Shown in pieces: positions 22,852 to 30,994 of a DNA stretch of 51,307 nt. Position 1 is the stretch's first letter, and each line of letters opens with the position of its first letter. A program made the position numbers and the translations under genes. Source of the DNA: Acetobacteraceae bacterium (lineage in GTDB: Bacteria > Pseudomonadota > Alphaproteobacteria > Acetobacterales > Acetobacteraceae); assembly GCA_027483125.1 (NCBI GenBank), contig JAIXVH010000247.1, positions 1-51,307 of the forward strand, given 5' to 3'. The notes under the pieces were generated by a model. It did not search any database. It worked only from the letters and a program-made list of their open reading frames with translations, and had not been told where the DNA came from.

Positions 22852-23699
22852 GTTCCTCCCAGATATTCGATCGCTTCGTCGGGTGTGCGCGCCACCAGCG
22901 CGCCTGCGGCATGCAGCGCGGTGAGCTTCGCTTCGGCGGTTTCGCGCAAGGCGCCGGCCAGCGCGCCGGCATGGCCCATGCGCCGCCCCTCGGGCGCGTG
23001 GCGGCCCATCACCATCGCGACCAGCGGCTTGCCGCGCAAAGCGGGCATCGCTTCGGCCAGCGCGTATTCCTTGTCGCCGCCCAGTTCCCCCACATAGAGC
23101 ACCGCGCGTGTGGCCGCGTCATCGGCCAGGGGGGCCAGGTATTCATGCGGGTTGCGGCCGATCAGCGCATCGCCGCCGAGATTGATCACCGCGCGCTGCC
23201 CGATGCCCGCGGCCGTCAGCATGCGTGCGATGGTCAGCGCCAGCGTGCCGCTGCGCGTCAGCACCGTGACGTCGCCTGGCGTGCAGAAGGCGGGCGCGAT
23301 ATTGCCCAGCATCCCCTGGCCCGGCACGCATAGCCCGAGCGTGTTGGGCCCCACGAGCCAGGCGCCGGCCGCGCGCGCGGCCTTCGCGGCGCGCATCGCA
23401 TCATGCACCGGGACATATTCGGCGCAGGCGATGATGCTGCGAATGCCAAGCGCGGCGCAGCGCGCAACGGCGTCGGCGGTGCCCTCGGGCGGCGTGTAGA
23501 GCACGGCGGCATCGGCACCGTCCGGTGGTGCATCCAGGACGGGAATGCCGTCCATATCCTCCCCGCCGCGGCCGAGTTGCACGCCGGCGATGATGGGCGT
23601 GCCCGCCTGCCGCATCGCCGCCACTTGCGCGCGCGCATAGCGGCCGAGGGGATTGAACACGATCACGTGGCGCGGAAAGCTGGCAAGGAACGGAATCAT
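22848..23699 (-). CDS. Succinyl-CoA synthetase alpha-like subunit (divergent paralog)
   Basis: LVGPNTLG, TRSGTL, LGGD, VGELGG, RRMGHAGA (phospho-His); start at ATG 23699. Confidence 0.85.
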   Translation of the reverse strand: MIPFLASFPRHVIVFNPLGRYARAQVAAMRQAGTPIIAGVQLGRGGEDMDGIPVLDAPPDGADAAVLYTPPEGTADAVARCAALGIRSIIACAEYVPVHDAMRAAKAARAAGAWLVGPNTLGLCVPGQGMLGNIAPAFCTPGDVTVLTRSGTLALTIARMLTAAGIGQRAVINLGGDALIGRNPHEYLAPLADDAATRAVLYVGELGGDKEYALAEAMPALRGKPLVAMVMGRHAPEGRRMGHAGALAGALRETAEAKLTALHAAGALVARTPDEAIEYLGGT

Positions 23700-23711
23700 C
23701 AGGATCACACG

Positions 23712-24797
23712 ATGCGATTGACCGAGGCCGACGGCAAGGCGCTGCTGCGACATCACGGCATCGCGGTGCCGCGCGGCGCGATGTGGGGCGCGCCGGATGC
23801 CCCGCCCGCGGGGATGATGAAGGCGCAGCTGCTGGAAGGCGGACGCGGCAAGCGCGGATTGATCCGGCGCTTCGCCGCCAGCGACGGCGCGGCGGTGGCG
23901 GCCCTGCTGCCTGAGCCCTATGCGGAGGAAGCCGTGGCTTTCACGCGCGAGATCTACCTGGCGCTGATGATGGACGGCACAGCGCAATCGCTGGTGCTGC
24001 TGGCCTCGCCCGATGGCGGCATGGAGGTCGAGAGCGCAGCCGCGCCCATCCGACTGGTGCTGGATACCGATGCGCCAGACGCCACCGAGCGTGCCTATGC
24101 GGCGCTGCGTGGCGGCTTCGATACGTCCCTTGCCGCGCGCCTGGCGCGATACGCGCTGCGCCTGGCGCGCGTGATGCGTGCCGAGGCGCTGGATTTTCTC
24201 GAGATCAACCCGCTCGCCGTCACCGCCGAGGGCACGCTGGTCGCTCTCGACTGCAAGGCCACGCGTGATGATTGCGCGGCCCTGCCCGAACCCGCGCTGT
24301 CCGCGCGCCTGGAAGACGCGGCGCTGACACCGCTGGAGCGCGAGGCGCGGGCGCGCGGCTTCGCCATGGTCGAACTGCCGGGCACGGTGGCACTTGTCAC
24401 CGCGGGCGCCGGCCTTGGCATGCTGATGGTCGATCTGCTGGGCGATGCCGGCGCACCCGCCGCCTGCTTCATGGACAACATCCAGGGCCATGCAGAGGAC
24501 ACGACCGAAGCGCGGCTCGACATCGCCTTCCGCCTGGCCGAACGACCGGAGGTGAAGGCCATTGCCTTCCACACCACCCTCGCCTCGCGCCCGCTGAAGG
24601 GTCGGGTGGAGGCGCTGGCCGCGATGCTGGAACGCCGTCCCGCACCAAAGCCGCTGGTCGCGGGCTTCGCTGCGGCAGGCGCGGCTTTGATGGGCTTCGA
24701 CGCCGATGCGGCGCGCACACGCCTGGCCGCGCTGGGCGTCACCTTGCTTGACGATCCGCGCGCGGTGGCACGCGCGGCGGCGGCTCACACAAAGTAG
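23712..24797 (+). CDS. Succinyl-CoA synthetase beta-like ATP-grasp subunit (short, divergent)
   Basis: MRLTEADGKALL, KAQLLEGGRGKRG, REIYLA, GGMEVE, LEINPL, ALDCK, GAGLGM. Confidence 0.85.
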   Translation: MRLTEADGKALLRHHGIAVPRGAMWGAPDAPPAGMMKAQLLEGGRGKRGLIRRFAASDGAAVAALLPEPYAEEAVAFTREIYLALMMDGTAQSLVLLASPDGGMEVESAAAPIRLVLDTDAPDATERAYAALRGGFDTSLAARLARYALRLARVMRAEALDFLEINPLAVTAEGTLVALDCKATRDDCAALPEPALSARLEDAALTPLEREARARGFAMVELPGTVALVTAGAGLGMLMVDLLGDAGAPAACFMDNIQGHAEDTTEARLDIAFRLAERPEVKAIAFHTTLASRPLKGRVEALAAMLERRPAPKPLVAGFAAAGAALMGFDADAARTRLAALGVTLLDDPRAVARAAAAHTK

Positions 24798-25927
24798 TTG
24801 CCGGCGTCGAAGGCGACCACCTCCTCGCCCACGCCGGCGGGGTCTTCGCCACGCGCGACACGCTCCGCCTCACGCAGCCACAGGCGCCGCAGCATGGCGA
24901 CACCGCGGTCGCTGCTGGCCAGATGTTCCTCGCCATGCAGGGTGATCGTGCCCTGCCCCACCTGCGCCTCCCAATCGCCAGGAAAGGCGCGGTGTTCGGC
25001 TTCGGTCAGCTCGGTCCAGGCCTTGCCATTATAGCTGCTGCGCATGCGGCCGAGTTCACCCTTCTCGCGCGCGCGGCCGGCCACCAGGATTCGGAAATGC
25101 GTGTCGTCCAGCGGCAGCACCCAGCCGATGGATTCCACGCGCCCGCCTGCGCCGAGCCGCGGCGAGGGGACAACACGCAGCGTGGGAAAGCACGCCTCGG
25201 TGATGCGCCGGAGCGTGCGGCCATCATCCAGTTTCCGCACCTGCACGCTGCGCACGCCGCGCGGCGTCGCGTCGAATTCCACCTCCGGCATCACCGCCAT
25301 GGCGGCGACGAATTGCGGGCCGCTGAACACGCCATGCAGGATCGGCACGTGATACGGGTCCATTACATTCTCGAAGTGCTGCATCCAGTTGCAAGGCACA
25401 GTGCCCCAACCGCCGGAGCCCAAGCCAGTGCCGTCGGTGTCCAGGATTTCGCCCGGCGCCAGTTCCTCCAGCTCGCGATAGCGCGGCAATACCGGCATGC
25501 GGTCCGGCGGGCCGAGATAGGCGAAGACCATGCCGTAGCGTTCCTGCACCGGATACCAAGGCTGGCGGAAACGCTGTTTCTGCCGCCCACCTTCCGGCTC
25601 GCAGGGCTGGTCCAGGCAGGCGCCATCAGGCGCGAATTTCCAGCCATGGTAGCAGCAGCGGATGCCGTCATCCTCGACCCGCCCGTAATAGAGCGACGTG
25701 CCCCGATGGCAGCAGCGCGGATAGAGCAGCCCGGGCGCACCGGATTGCGTGCGGAACAGGATCAGCTCCTCGCCCAGCACCTGGATGCTGCGCGGGGTAT
25801 CGGTCGCTTCCTCGGACAACGCGACCGGGTGCCAGTAGCGCCGCAGCAACTCGCCCATCAGCGTGCCACGGCCGACGCGCACCAGCTCTTCGCGCACCGC
25901 ACCAGGCGTGTGTGTATAGGCGGTCAT
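24785..25927 (-). CDS. Rieske non-heme iron oxygenase alpha subunit (phthalate 4,5-dioxygenase/vanillate demethylase-like)
   Basis: GELLRRYWHPV, CCHRG...CCYHGW Rieske ligands, ENVMDPYHVPILH mononuclear site, EHLASSDRG. Confidence 0.9.
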   Translation of the reverse strand: MTAYTHTPGAVREELVRVGRGTLMGELLRRYWHPVALSEEATDTPRSIQVLGEELILFRTQSGAPGLLYPRCCHRGTSLYYGRVEDDGIRCCYHGWKFAPDGACLDQPCEPEGGRQKQRFRQPWYPVQERYGMVFAYLGPPDRMPVLPRYRELEELAPGEILDTDGTGLGSGGWGTVPCNWMQHFENVMDPYHVPILHGVFSGPQFVAAMAVMPEVEFDATPRGVRSVQVRKLDDGRTLRRITEACFPTLRVVPSPRLGAGGRVESIGWVLPLDDTHFRILVAGRAREKGELGRMRSSYNGKAWTELTEAEHRAFPGDWEAQVGQGTITLHGEEHLASSDRGVAMLRRLWLREAERVARGEDPAGVGEEVVAFDAGNYFV

Positions 25928-26889
25928 TCGGCGCGCGCTCCGGTCAGGCGGATCAACTCGGCCCAGCGCGGCGTATCACGTGCGACGGCAGCGGCCAGTT
26001 CGTCAGGTGTCGAGACGACCGGCCGCTGGCCCTGGCGCAGCATGGCCTCGCGGATCGCCTCCTCGCCCACGACGCGCACAAAGGCCTGGTGCAGCCGCGC
26101 CACCACCGGCGCGGGCGTGCCGCCAGGCGCCCAGGCCGCGACGAACAGCCCCATATCGTAGCCCTGCATGCCCTGCTCGGCGAAGGTGGCCACTTCAGGC
26201 AGCGCGACACTGCGCTGCGCCGCCGGCACGCCGATCAGCTTCAGCGCACCCGCCTGCTGCTGCGGCCTTGCGCCCACCGGCGAGGCGAAGGTCATGTCCA
26301 GCCGCCCCGCCAGCACATCCTGGATGGCCGGTTGCTCGCCGCGATAGGGCACGTGCTCCAGCGCCACATTTTCCTGCGCGCCGATCTTCGCGCCATAGAG
26401 ATGCCCGGCCGAACCGACGCCCCAGGAACCATAGGTCGTACGCGGCCTGGCACGCGCCCAGGCCAGGAAGCCGCGCATGTCATCGAAGGGCGCCGCGCGC
26501 GGCGCGCACAACACGATCGTGCCCATGGACAGCAGCGTGATCGGCGAGAAATCCCGCACCGGATCATAGGGCAGGTTCGGCATCAGCGCCGGGTTGTTGG
26601 TGTGCGTGCTGTTGGTCGTGACCATGAAGGTGTGGCCATCGGGCGCTGCGCGCGCCACGGCCTCAGCGCCGACCACGGTGTTGGCACCTGGCCGCGCCTC
26701 CACCACCACCGGCTGGCCCAGATCAGCGCCCAGCCTTTCGGCCAGCAGCCGGTTCAGCACATCGATCGCGCCGCCGGGGTTGAAGGGTGAGACGAGCCGC
26801 AGCGGCCGCGTCGGGAAGCCCTGGGCATGAGCAAGCCCCGGGGCGGCCAGCGCGGCACCCAGCACCGCGCGTCGTCTGGCGATCAGCAT
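25924..26889 (-). CDS. Bug/TctC-family substrate-binding protein
   Basis: FPTRPLRLVSPFNPGGAID, RPGAN, PDGHT, HVPYRGE; start 26889 preceded by GAGGA. Confidence 0.9.
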   Translation of the reverse strand: MLIARRRAVLGAALAAPGLAHAQGFPTRPLRLVSPFNPGGAIDVLNRLLAERLGADLGQPVVVEARPGANTVVGAEAVARAAPDGHTFMVTTNSTHTNNPALMPNLPYDPVRDFSPITLLSMGTIVLCAPRAAPFDDMRGFLAWARARPRTTYGSWGVGSAGHLYGAKIGAQENVALEHVPYRGEQPAIQDVLAGRLDMTFASPVGARPQQQAGALKLIGVPAAQRSVALPEVATFAEQGMQGYDMGLFVAAWAPGGTPAPVVARLHQAFVRVVGEEAIREAMLRQGQRPVVSTPDELAAAVARDTPRWAELIRLTGARAE

Positions 26890-26909
26890 GGCGTTTCCTC
26901 TTCCGGCCA

Positions 26910-26932
26910 ATTGGTTGACAGGGTAAACCAAT
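26910..26932. promoter_or_regulatory. Palindromic operator in the divergent promoter (likely MarR site)
   Basis: ATTGGTTGAC-AGG-GTAAACCAAT (9 of 10 pairs), contains TTGACA; a further half-site GTCAATCAAT at 26946-26955. Confidence 0.6.
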
Positions 26933-26935
26933 CGC

Positions 26936-28234
26936 ATGGGGATGGGTCAATCAATCGTCGCGCAAATCCTGGCGCCAGAGACCACCGCGCTGGACCTGCC
27001 CGATGACGCACCACGCGCGCTGCGCATGCTGGCGCTGGCCGCGGGCGTGACCACAGCACCACCCGCACCGCCGCCGCCCGCGCCGGCCGCGCGCATCACG
27101 CGCATCGCGGGCTTTCGGATCACGCTGAAGCTGCGCCAGACTTATGTCTCCGCCATGTACATCACGCCCACGCAGCAGCGCGCATTGCTGCGCGTGACGC
27201 TGGCCGATGGCACAGAGGGCTGGGGCGAATGCCCCGCCGCCGCAGCCGGTGCCATGCCCGCCGCCGCGCGGGCCTTCATGGGGGCGGACATCGCCAATGG
27301 CATGGAAGCGGCGCGCGCCCGCTTCGCGCGCATCAGCTTCGACAACCGTGATGGCCGCAACGGATGGGCCGCGATCGCCGCCGTCGAGGCCGCCGCCTGG
27401 GACGCGCTGGCGCGCACGCGCAACCTGCCGCTGGCAGCCCTGTTCGGCGGCACCACGCGCCCGCTGCCGATCGCCTGCCCCCTGCCTGCCGCGATCATGG
27501 CGGCCGATGCCACGCGCGCCGATCTGCCGCCGCATATGGCCGACCATTCCAACACGGCCCGCCTGGCCGAACATGCGCAGGAGATCGCCGCGCGCAGCGG
27601 CGCGCGCGCCTTCAAGTACAAATCCGCCGGCTGCGATCCCGCCTGGGACATCGCCTGCATGACCGCACTGCGCCGCACATTCCCTGAAGCCGCTTTGCGC
27701 TTCGATCCCAACGCGGCGTATTCGACGCGCGACGCGCTGAACATCGGCGCGGCCTTGCGCGAACTGGCGCCGGAATTCCTCGAAGATCCTTGCGACGGGA
27801 TCGAGGGCCTGGCGCGCATCACCGCGGCCCTGCCCGGCATGCGTGTCGCGTCCAACATGGCGGTGATCGAACCTTCGCATCTGCTCGCAGCCCATCGGCG
27901 CGGGCTGCAACTGACGGTGCTGGGCGACGCCTTCCTCTGGGGCGGGCTGCAGGGCCTGGCGGATATGGCCGGCATGGCGCGGCTGCTCGGCCTGACACCG
28001 GCGGTGCACAGCTTCTACGAGAGCGCGGTCGCCACGGCTGCCAGCGCGCATCTCGCCGCCGCATTAGACATGGACGCGCCACATGCGGTGGATTGCGGCG
28101 TTCCCGGCCTCGCCGACGACATCACCGACGACGCACCCGAACTCCGCAACGGCATGCTGCACACGCCCGCCGGCCCTGGCATCGGCGTGACACCCACCCG
28201 CCTGCCCGAACCCTTCTTCGCCCTGGAGGCCTGA
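26936..28234 (+). CDS. Enolase superfamily enzyme (MR/MLE), glucarate dehydratase-like signature
   Basis: GTEGWGE, AAWDALAR, FKYK, RFDPN, FLEDP, ASNM, VHS, PGIGV. Confidence 0.82.
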   Translation: MGMGQSIVAQILAPETTALDLPDDAPRALRMLALAAGVTTAPPAPPPPAPAARITRIAGFRITLKLRQTYVSAMYITPTQQRALLRVTLADGTEGWGECPAAAAGAMPAAARAFMGADIANGMEAARARFARISFDNRDGRNGWAAIAAVEAAAWDALARTRNLPLAALFGGTTRPLPIACPLPAAIMAADATRADLPPHMADHSNTARLAEHAQEIAARSGARAFKYKSAGCDPAWDIACMTALRRTFPEAALRFDPNAAYSTRDALNIGAALRELAPEFLEDPCDGIEGLARITAALPGMRVASNMAVIEPSHLLAAHRRGLQLTVLGDAFLWGGLQGLADMAGMARLLGLTPAVHSFYESAVATAASAHLAAALDMDAPHAVDCGVPGLADDITDDAPELRNGMLHTPAGPGIGVTPTRLPEPFFALEA

Positions 28235-28236
28235 CC

Positions 28237-28932
28237 ATGCGCCACGATCCGCCTCGGGAGCGCGACCAGCCCACTCCCGTCATCGAGGGCTACCCCAACA
28301 CCGCGCGCCGCACGCCGGCCGCGAAGCTGCTGCGCCGACCGCTGCCACGCCTGCTGACCGCGGGTGCAGCGCCGGCCATGCCGCTCGCATCCATCGACAT
28401 GGCCGAAGCCGTGCCCGGCAAGCCCGCCATGGGCAGCCGCATCATGGTGCAGCTGCGCGTGGTCGATGAAGACGGCCGCGGCGTGCCCGACGCCGTCGTC
28501 GAGATCTGGCACGCCAATGCCGCGGGGCGCTACGACCACCCCGCCGACCCCGCGCGCGCCCCGCTGGACCGCCATTTCCGTGGCTCCGCGCGTGTCGCCA
28601 GTGATCGCGAAGGGCGGCTTGCGCTGCACACCATCAAGCCCGGTGCGTACCCGGTGCCGGATTCCGGGCAATGGTGGCGGCCGGCGCATATCCATTTCTC
28701 GGTGCTGGGCCGTGGCGCCGTGACACGGCTGGTGACGCAGATGTATTTCGCGAGCGACCCGATGCTGGAATGGGACCGCATCTGGCTCTCCGTGCCCGAT
28801 GCCCAAGCACGCGCGCGCATGGTCGCCACGCAACTGCCGCCGCACGAAGCGCCCATCACAACCGACATCGAACGCCTGGTCTTCACCCACACGCTGGTGC
28901 TGCGCGGGCGCGAGGAGACCCCGCCCGCATGA
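28237..28932 (+). CDS. pcaH: Protocatechuate 3,4-dioxygenase beta-like subunit
   Basis: VEIWHANAAGRY, TIKPGAYP, WRPAHIHFS, RLVTQMYF; Tyr/Tyr/His/His iron ligands intact. Confidence 0.88.
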   Translation: MRHDPPRERDQPTPVIEGYPNTARRTPAAKLLRRPLPRLLTAGAAPAMPLASIDMAEAVPGKPAMGSRIMVQLRVVDEDGRGVPDAVVEIWHANAAGRYDHPADPARAPLDRHFRGSARVASDREGRLALHTIKPGAYPVPDSGQWWRPAHIHFSVLGRGAVTRLVTQMYFASDPMLEWDRIWLSVPDAQARARMVATQLPPHEAPITTDIERLVFTHTLVLRGREETPPA

Positions 28933-29489
28933 TCCGCCGCAACGCGCCGCCGCCCAGCACGGCCATGCAAACGGTGGGCCCCTTCTTCCCCTCGAGCCTG
29001 GCCGAACCCGCGCTCGCCACGCTGACGCGCGAGGGCCACGCGGGCGAGGCGATCTGGCTGACCGGCGACATCGCCGATGAGAGCGGCCCCTTCCGCAACG
29101 CCATCCTGGAATTGTCGCAGGCCGATGCGAAAGGCCGCGTTGCCGGGGATCGCGGCGCGGACAAGCACTTCGCCTTCTGGGGCCGCGCGGCCTCCGATGG
29201 CGCCGGGCAATTCGCCTTCCGCACCGTGCTGCCAGGCCCCAGCGCGGACCCCGCGGGCCCGCGCGCGCCATGCTTCGAATTGCTGATCCTGGGCTCAGGC
29301 ATCATGCGCCGCCTGGCCACATGCTTCTTCCCGCCCGGCACCACGCAAGATCCGGTGCTGCGCTGCGTGCCGGCAGCATTGCGCCCGCGGCTGTTGCTGC
29401 GCGATGCCGGCAAGCGCGGCGGGCTGCGCCGCCTGCACGCGACCATCCGGCTGCACGGAGCCGACGAGACCCCGTTCTTCCGCGACTGA
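28929..29489 (+). CDS. pcaG: Protocatechuate 3,4-dioxygenase alpha-like subunit
   Basis: QTVGPFF, ELSQADAKG, WGR, FRTVLPG, DPVL, ETPFF; ATGA overlap with pcaH. Confidence 0.85.
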   Translation: MIRRNAPPPSTAMQTVGPFFPSSLAEPALATLTREGHAGEAIWLTGDIADESGPFRNAILELSQADAKGRVAGDRGADKHFAFWGRAASDGAGQFAFRTVLPGPSADPAGPRAPCFELLILGSGIMRRLATCFFPPGTTQDPVLRCVPAALRPRLLLRDAGKRGGLRRLHATIRLHGADETPFFRD

Positions 29490-29492
29490 TCC

Positions 29493-29945
29493 ATGACCTC
29501 GATCCGCGACCTTCTGTCCTATCGGATCCACAAGCTGGCAGGCGCCATGTCGCGCGGCGCCGCGGCGCGCTACCGCGCGGAATTCGGCGTGACGCTGATG
29601 GAATGGCGCGCGCTGGCGTTGCTGGGCGATGGCACCGCGCTGTCCTTGCAGGAACTGGCGCGGCATGCGGCGCTGGACAAGTCGCAGATCAGCCGCGTGG
29701 TCTCGGCGCTGACGGCACGCGGCCTGGTCAAGCGCGGCGTGTCGAAGGCCGATGCACGCGCGGCGCATATCAGCCTGACACCGGCGGGTGCGCGTATTCG
29801 CGCAGGCCTGCTGCGCAGCGCCGCCGCACGCGACGCCGCCTTCGCGGCCGTTCTGACAGCACAGGAACAGCGCGTGCTGGACCGCGTGATTCGCAAACTG
29901 ACCGAGGAAGCGCGACGGCAATCAGAACCCGAAACCTGGGCCTGA
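29493..29945 (+). CDS. MarR family transcriptional regulator
   Basis: FGVTLMEWRAL, LDKSQISRVV, RGLVKR..DAR...LTPAG. Confidence 0.9.
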   Translation: MTSIRDLLSYRIHKLAGAMSRGAAARYRAEFGVTLMEWRALALLGDGTALSLQELARHAALDKSQISRVVSALTARGLVKRGVSKADARAAHISLTPAGARIRAGLLRSAAARDAAFAAVLTAQEQRVLDRVIRKLTEEARRQSEPETWA

Positions 29946-30911
29946 CTACTCCATCCGCGCGCCGGAAAACCGCACCAGCTCCGCATGCCGGCGCAGTTCG
30001 GCGGTCAGGTGCTCCGTCACCTGCTGCGGCGTGCCGCCCATGATCTCCAGACCCTGTGCTTCGAGGCGCGGACGCGCCTCCGCATCCACCAAAATCTCAT
30101 TGGTGATGCGGTTCATGGTGGCGATGATCGCAGGCGGGGTACCGCGCGGAAACATCAGGCAGAACCAGGTGCCGAAGACGAGCCCCGGCATGCCAAGTTC
30201 GGCCATGGTCGGCACATCGGGCAATGCGGCGGCGCGACGATCGGACAGCACGGCGATCGGCGTCACCTGCCCCGCGCGCACCTGCGGCGCCGCACCCGTG
30301 ATCAGGTTGAACATCACCTGGATGCGCCCGGCGAAGAGGTCATTGAAACCCTGCGCGATGCCCACATACGGCACATGCACCATCTCCGTGCCGGTGGCCT
30401 GGCGATAGAGTTCGCCCGCCAGGTGCATGGAACTGCCATTGCCCGAGGAACCGAAGGACAGCGCACCCGGCCGCGCGCGCACCATCGCGGTGAAATCGGC
30501 CAGGTTGCGCACGCCGAGCGCGTTGTTCACCACCAGAATGTTCGGCACGTTGCCGATCATCACGACGGGTTCGAAATCGCGCAGCGGGTCAAACGGCAGA
30601 TCGCGATACATGGCCGGATTCGTCGCCAGCGTGCCGGCCCAGCTGTAGAGCATGGTGTAGCCATCGGGTGCCGCGCGCGCCGCGAGGCCCGCGCCGACAT
30701 TGCCATTGGCGCCCGCGCGGTTGTCCACCACCACGCGCTGCGGCAGGCGCTTGTCGTATTCCTGCGCGAGAATGCGCGCGATGGTGTCGGCGGTGCCGGC
30801 GCCACCGGCCGCGGGCACGATCATGCGGATGGGCCGGTCCGGCCAGCCCGATGGTTGCGCGAGCGCCGGCGTTGCGGCGAGGGATGCGAGGACGGCGCGA
30901 CGTGAGGTCAT
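29946..30911 (-). CDS. Bug/TctC-family substrate-binding protein
   Basis: WPDRPIRMIVP, NRAGANG, PDGYT, HVPY. Confidence 0.9.
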   Translation of the reverse strand: MTSRRAVLASLAATPALAQPSGWPDRPIRMIVPAAGGAGTADTIARILAQEYDKRLPQRVVVDNRAGANGNVGAGLAARAAPDGYTMLYSWAGTLATNPAMYRDLPFDPLRDFEPVVMIGNVPNILVVNNALGVRNLADFTAMVRARPGALSFGSSGNGSSMHLAGELYRQATGTEMVHVPYVGIAQGFNDLFAGRIQVMFNLITGAAPQVRAGQVTPIAVLSDRRAAALPDVPTMAELGMPGLVFGTWFCLMFPRGTPPAIIATMNRITNEILVDAEARPRLEAQGLEIMGGTPQQVTEHLTAELRRHAELVRFSGARME

Positions 30912-30994
30912 GCGCGCAATATGGCCATGCCGCGCGCACGATGGAAGCACCATGAGACTGGACAGCACCGGGGCCCGCCGCGAATGCTGCGCGG

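Noticed and set aside
15223-30911. Three TctC genes without tctA/tctB as a novelty
   Set aside because: Expansion of orphan Bug/TctC proteins is a known feature of several proteobacterial lineages
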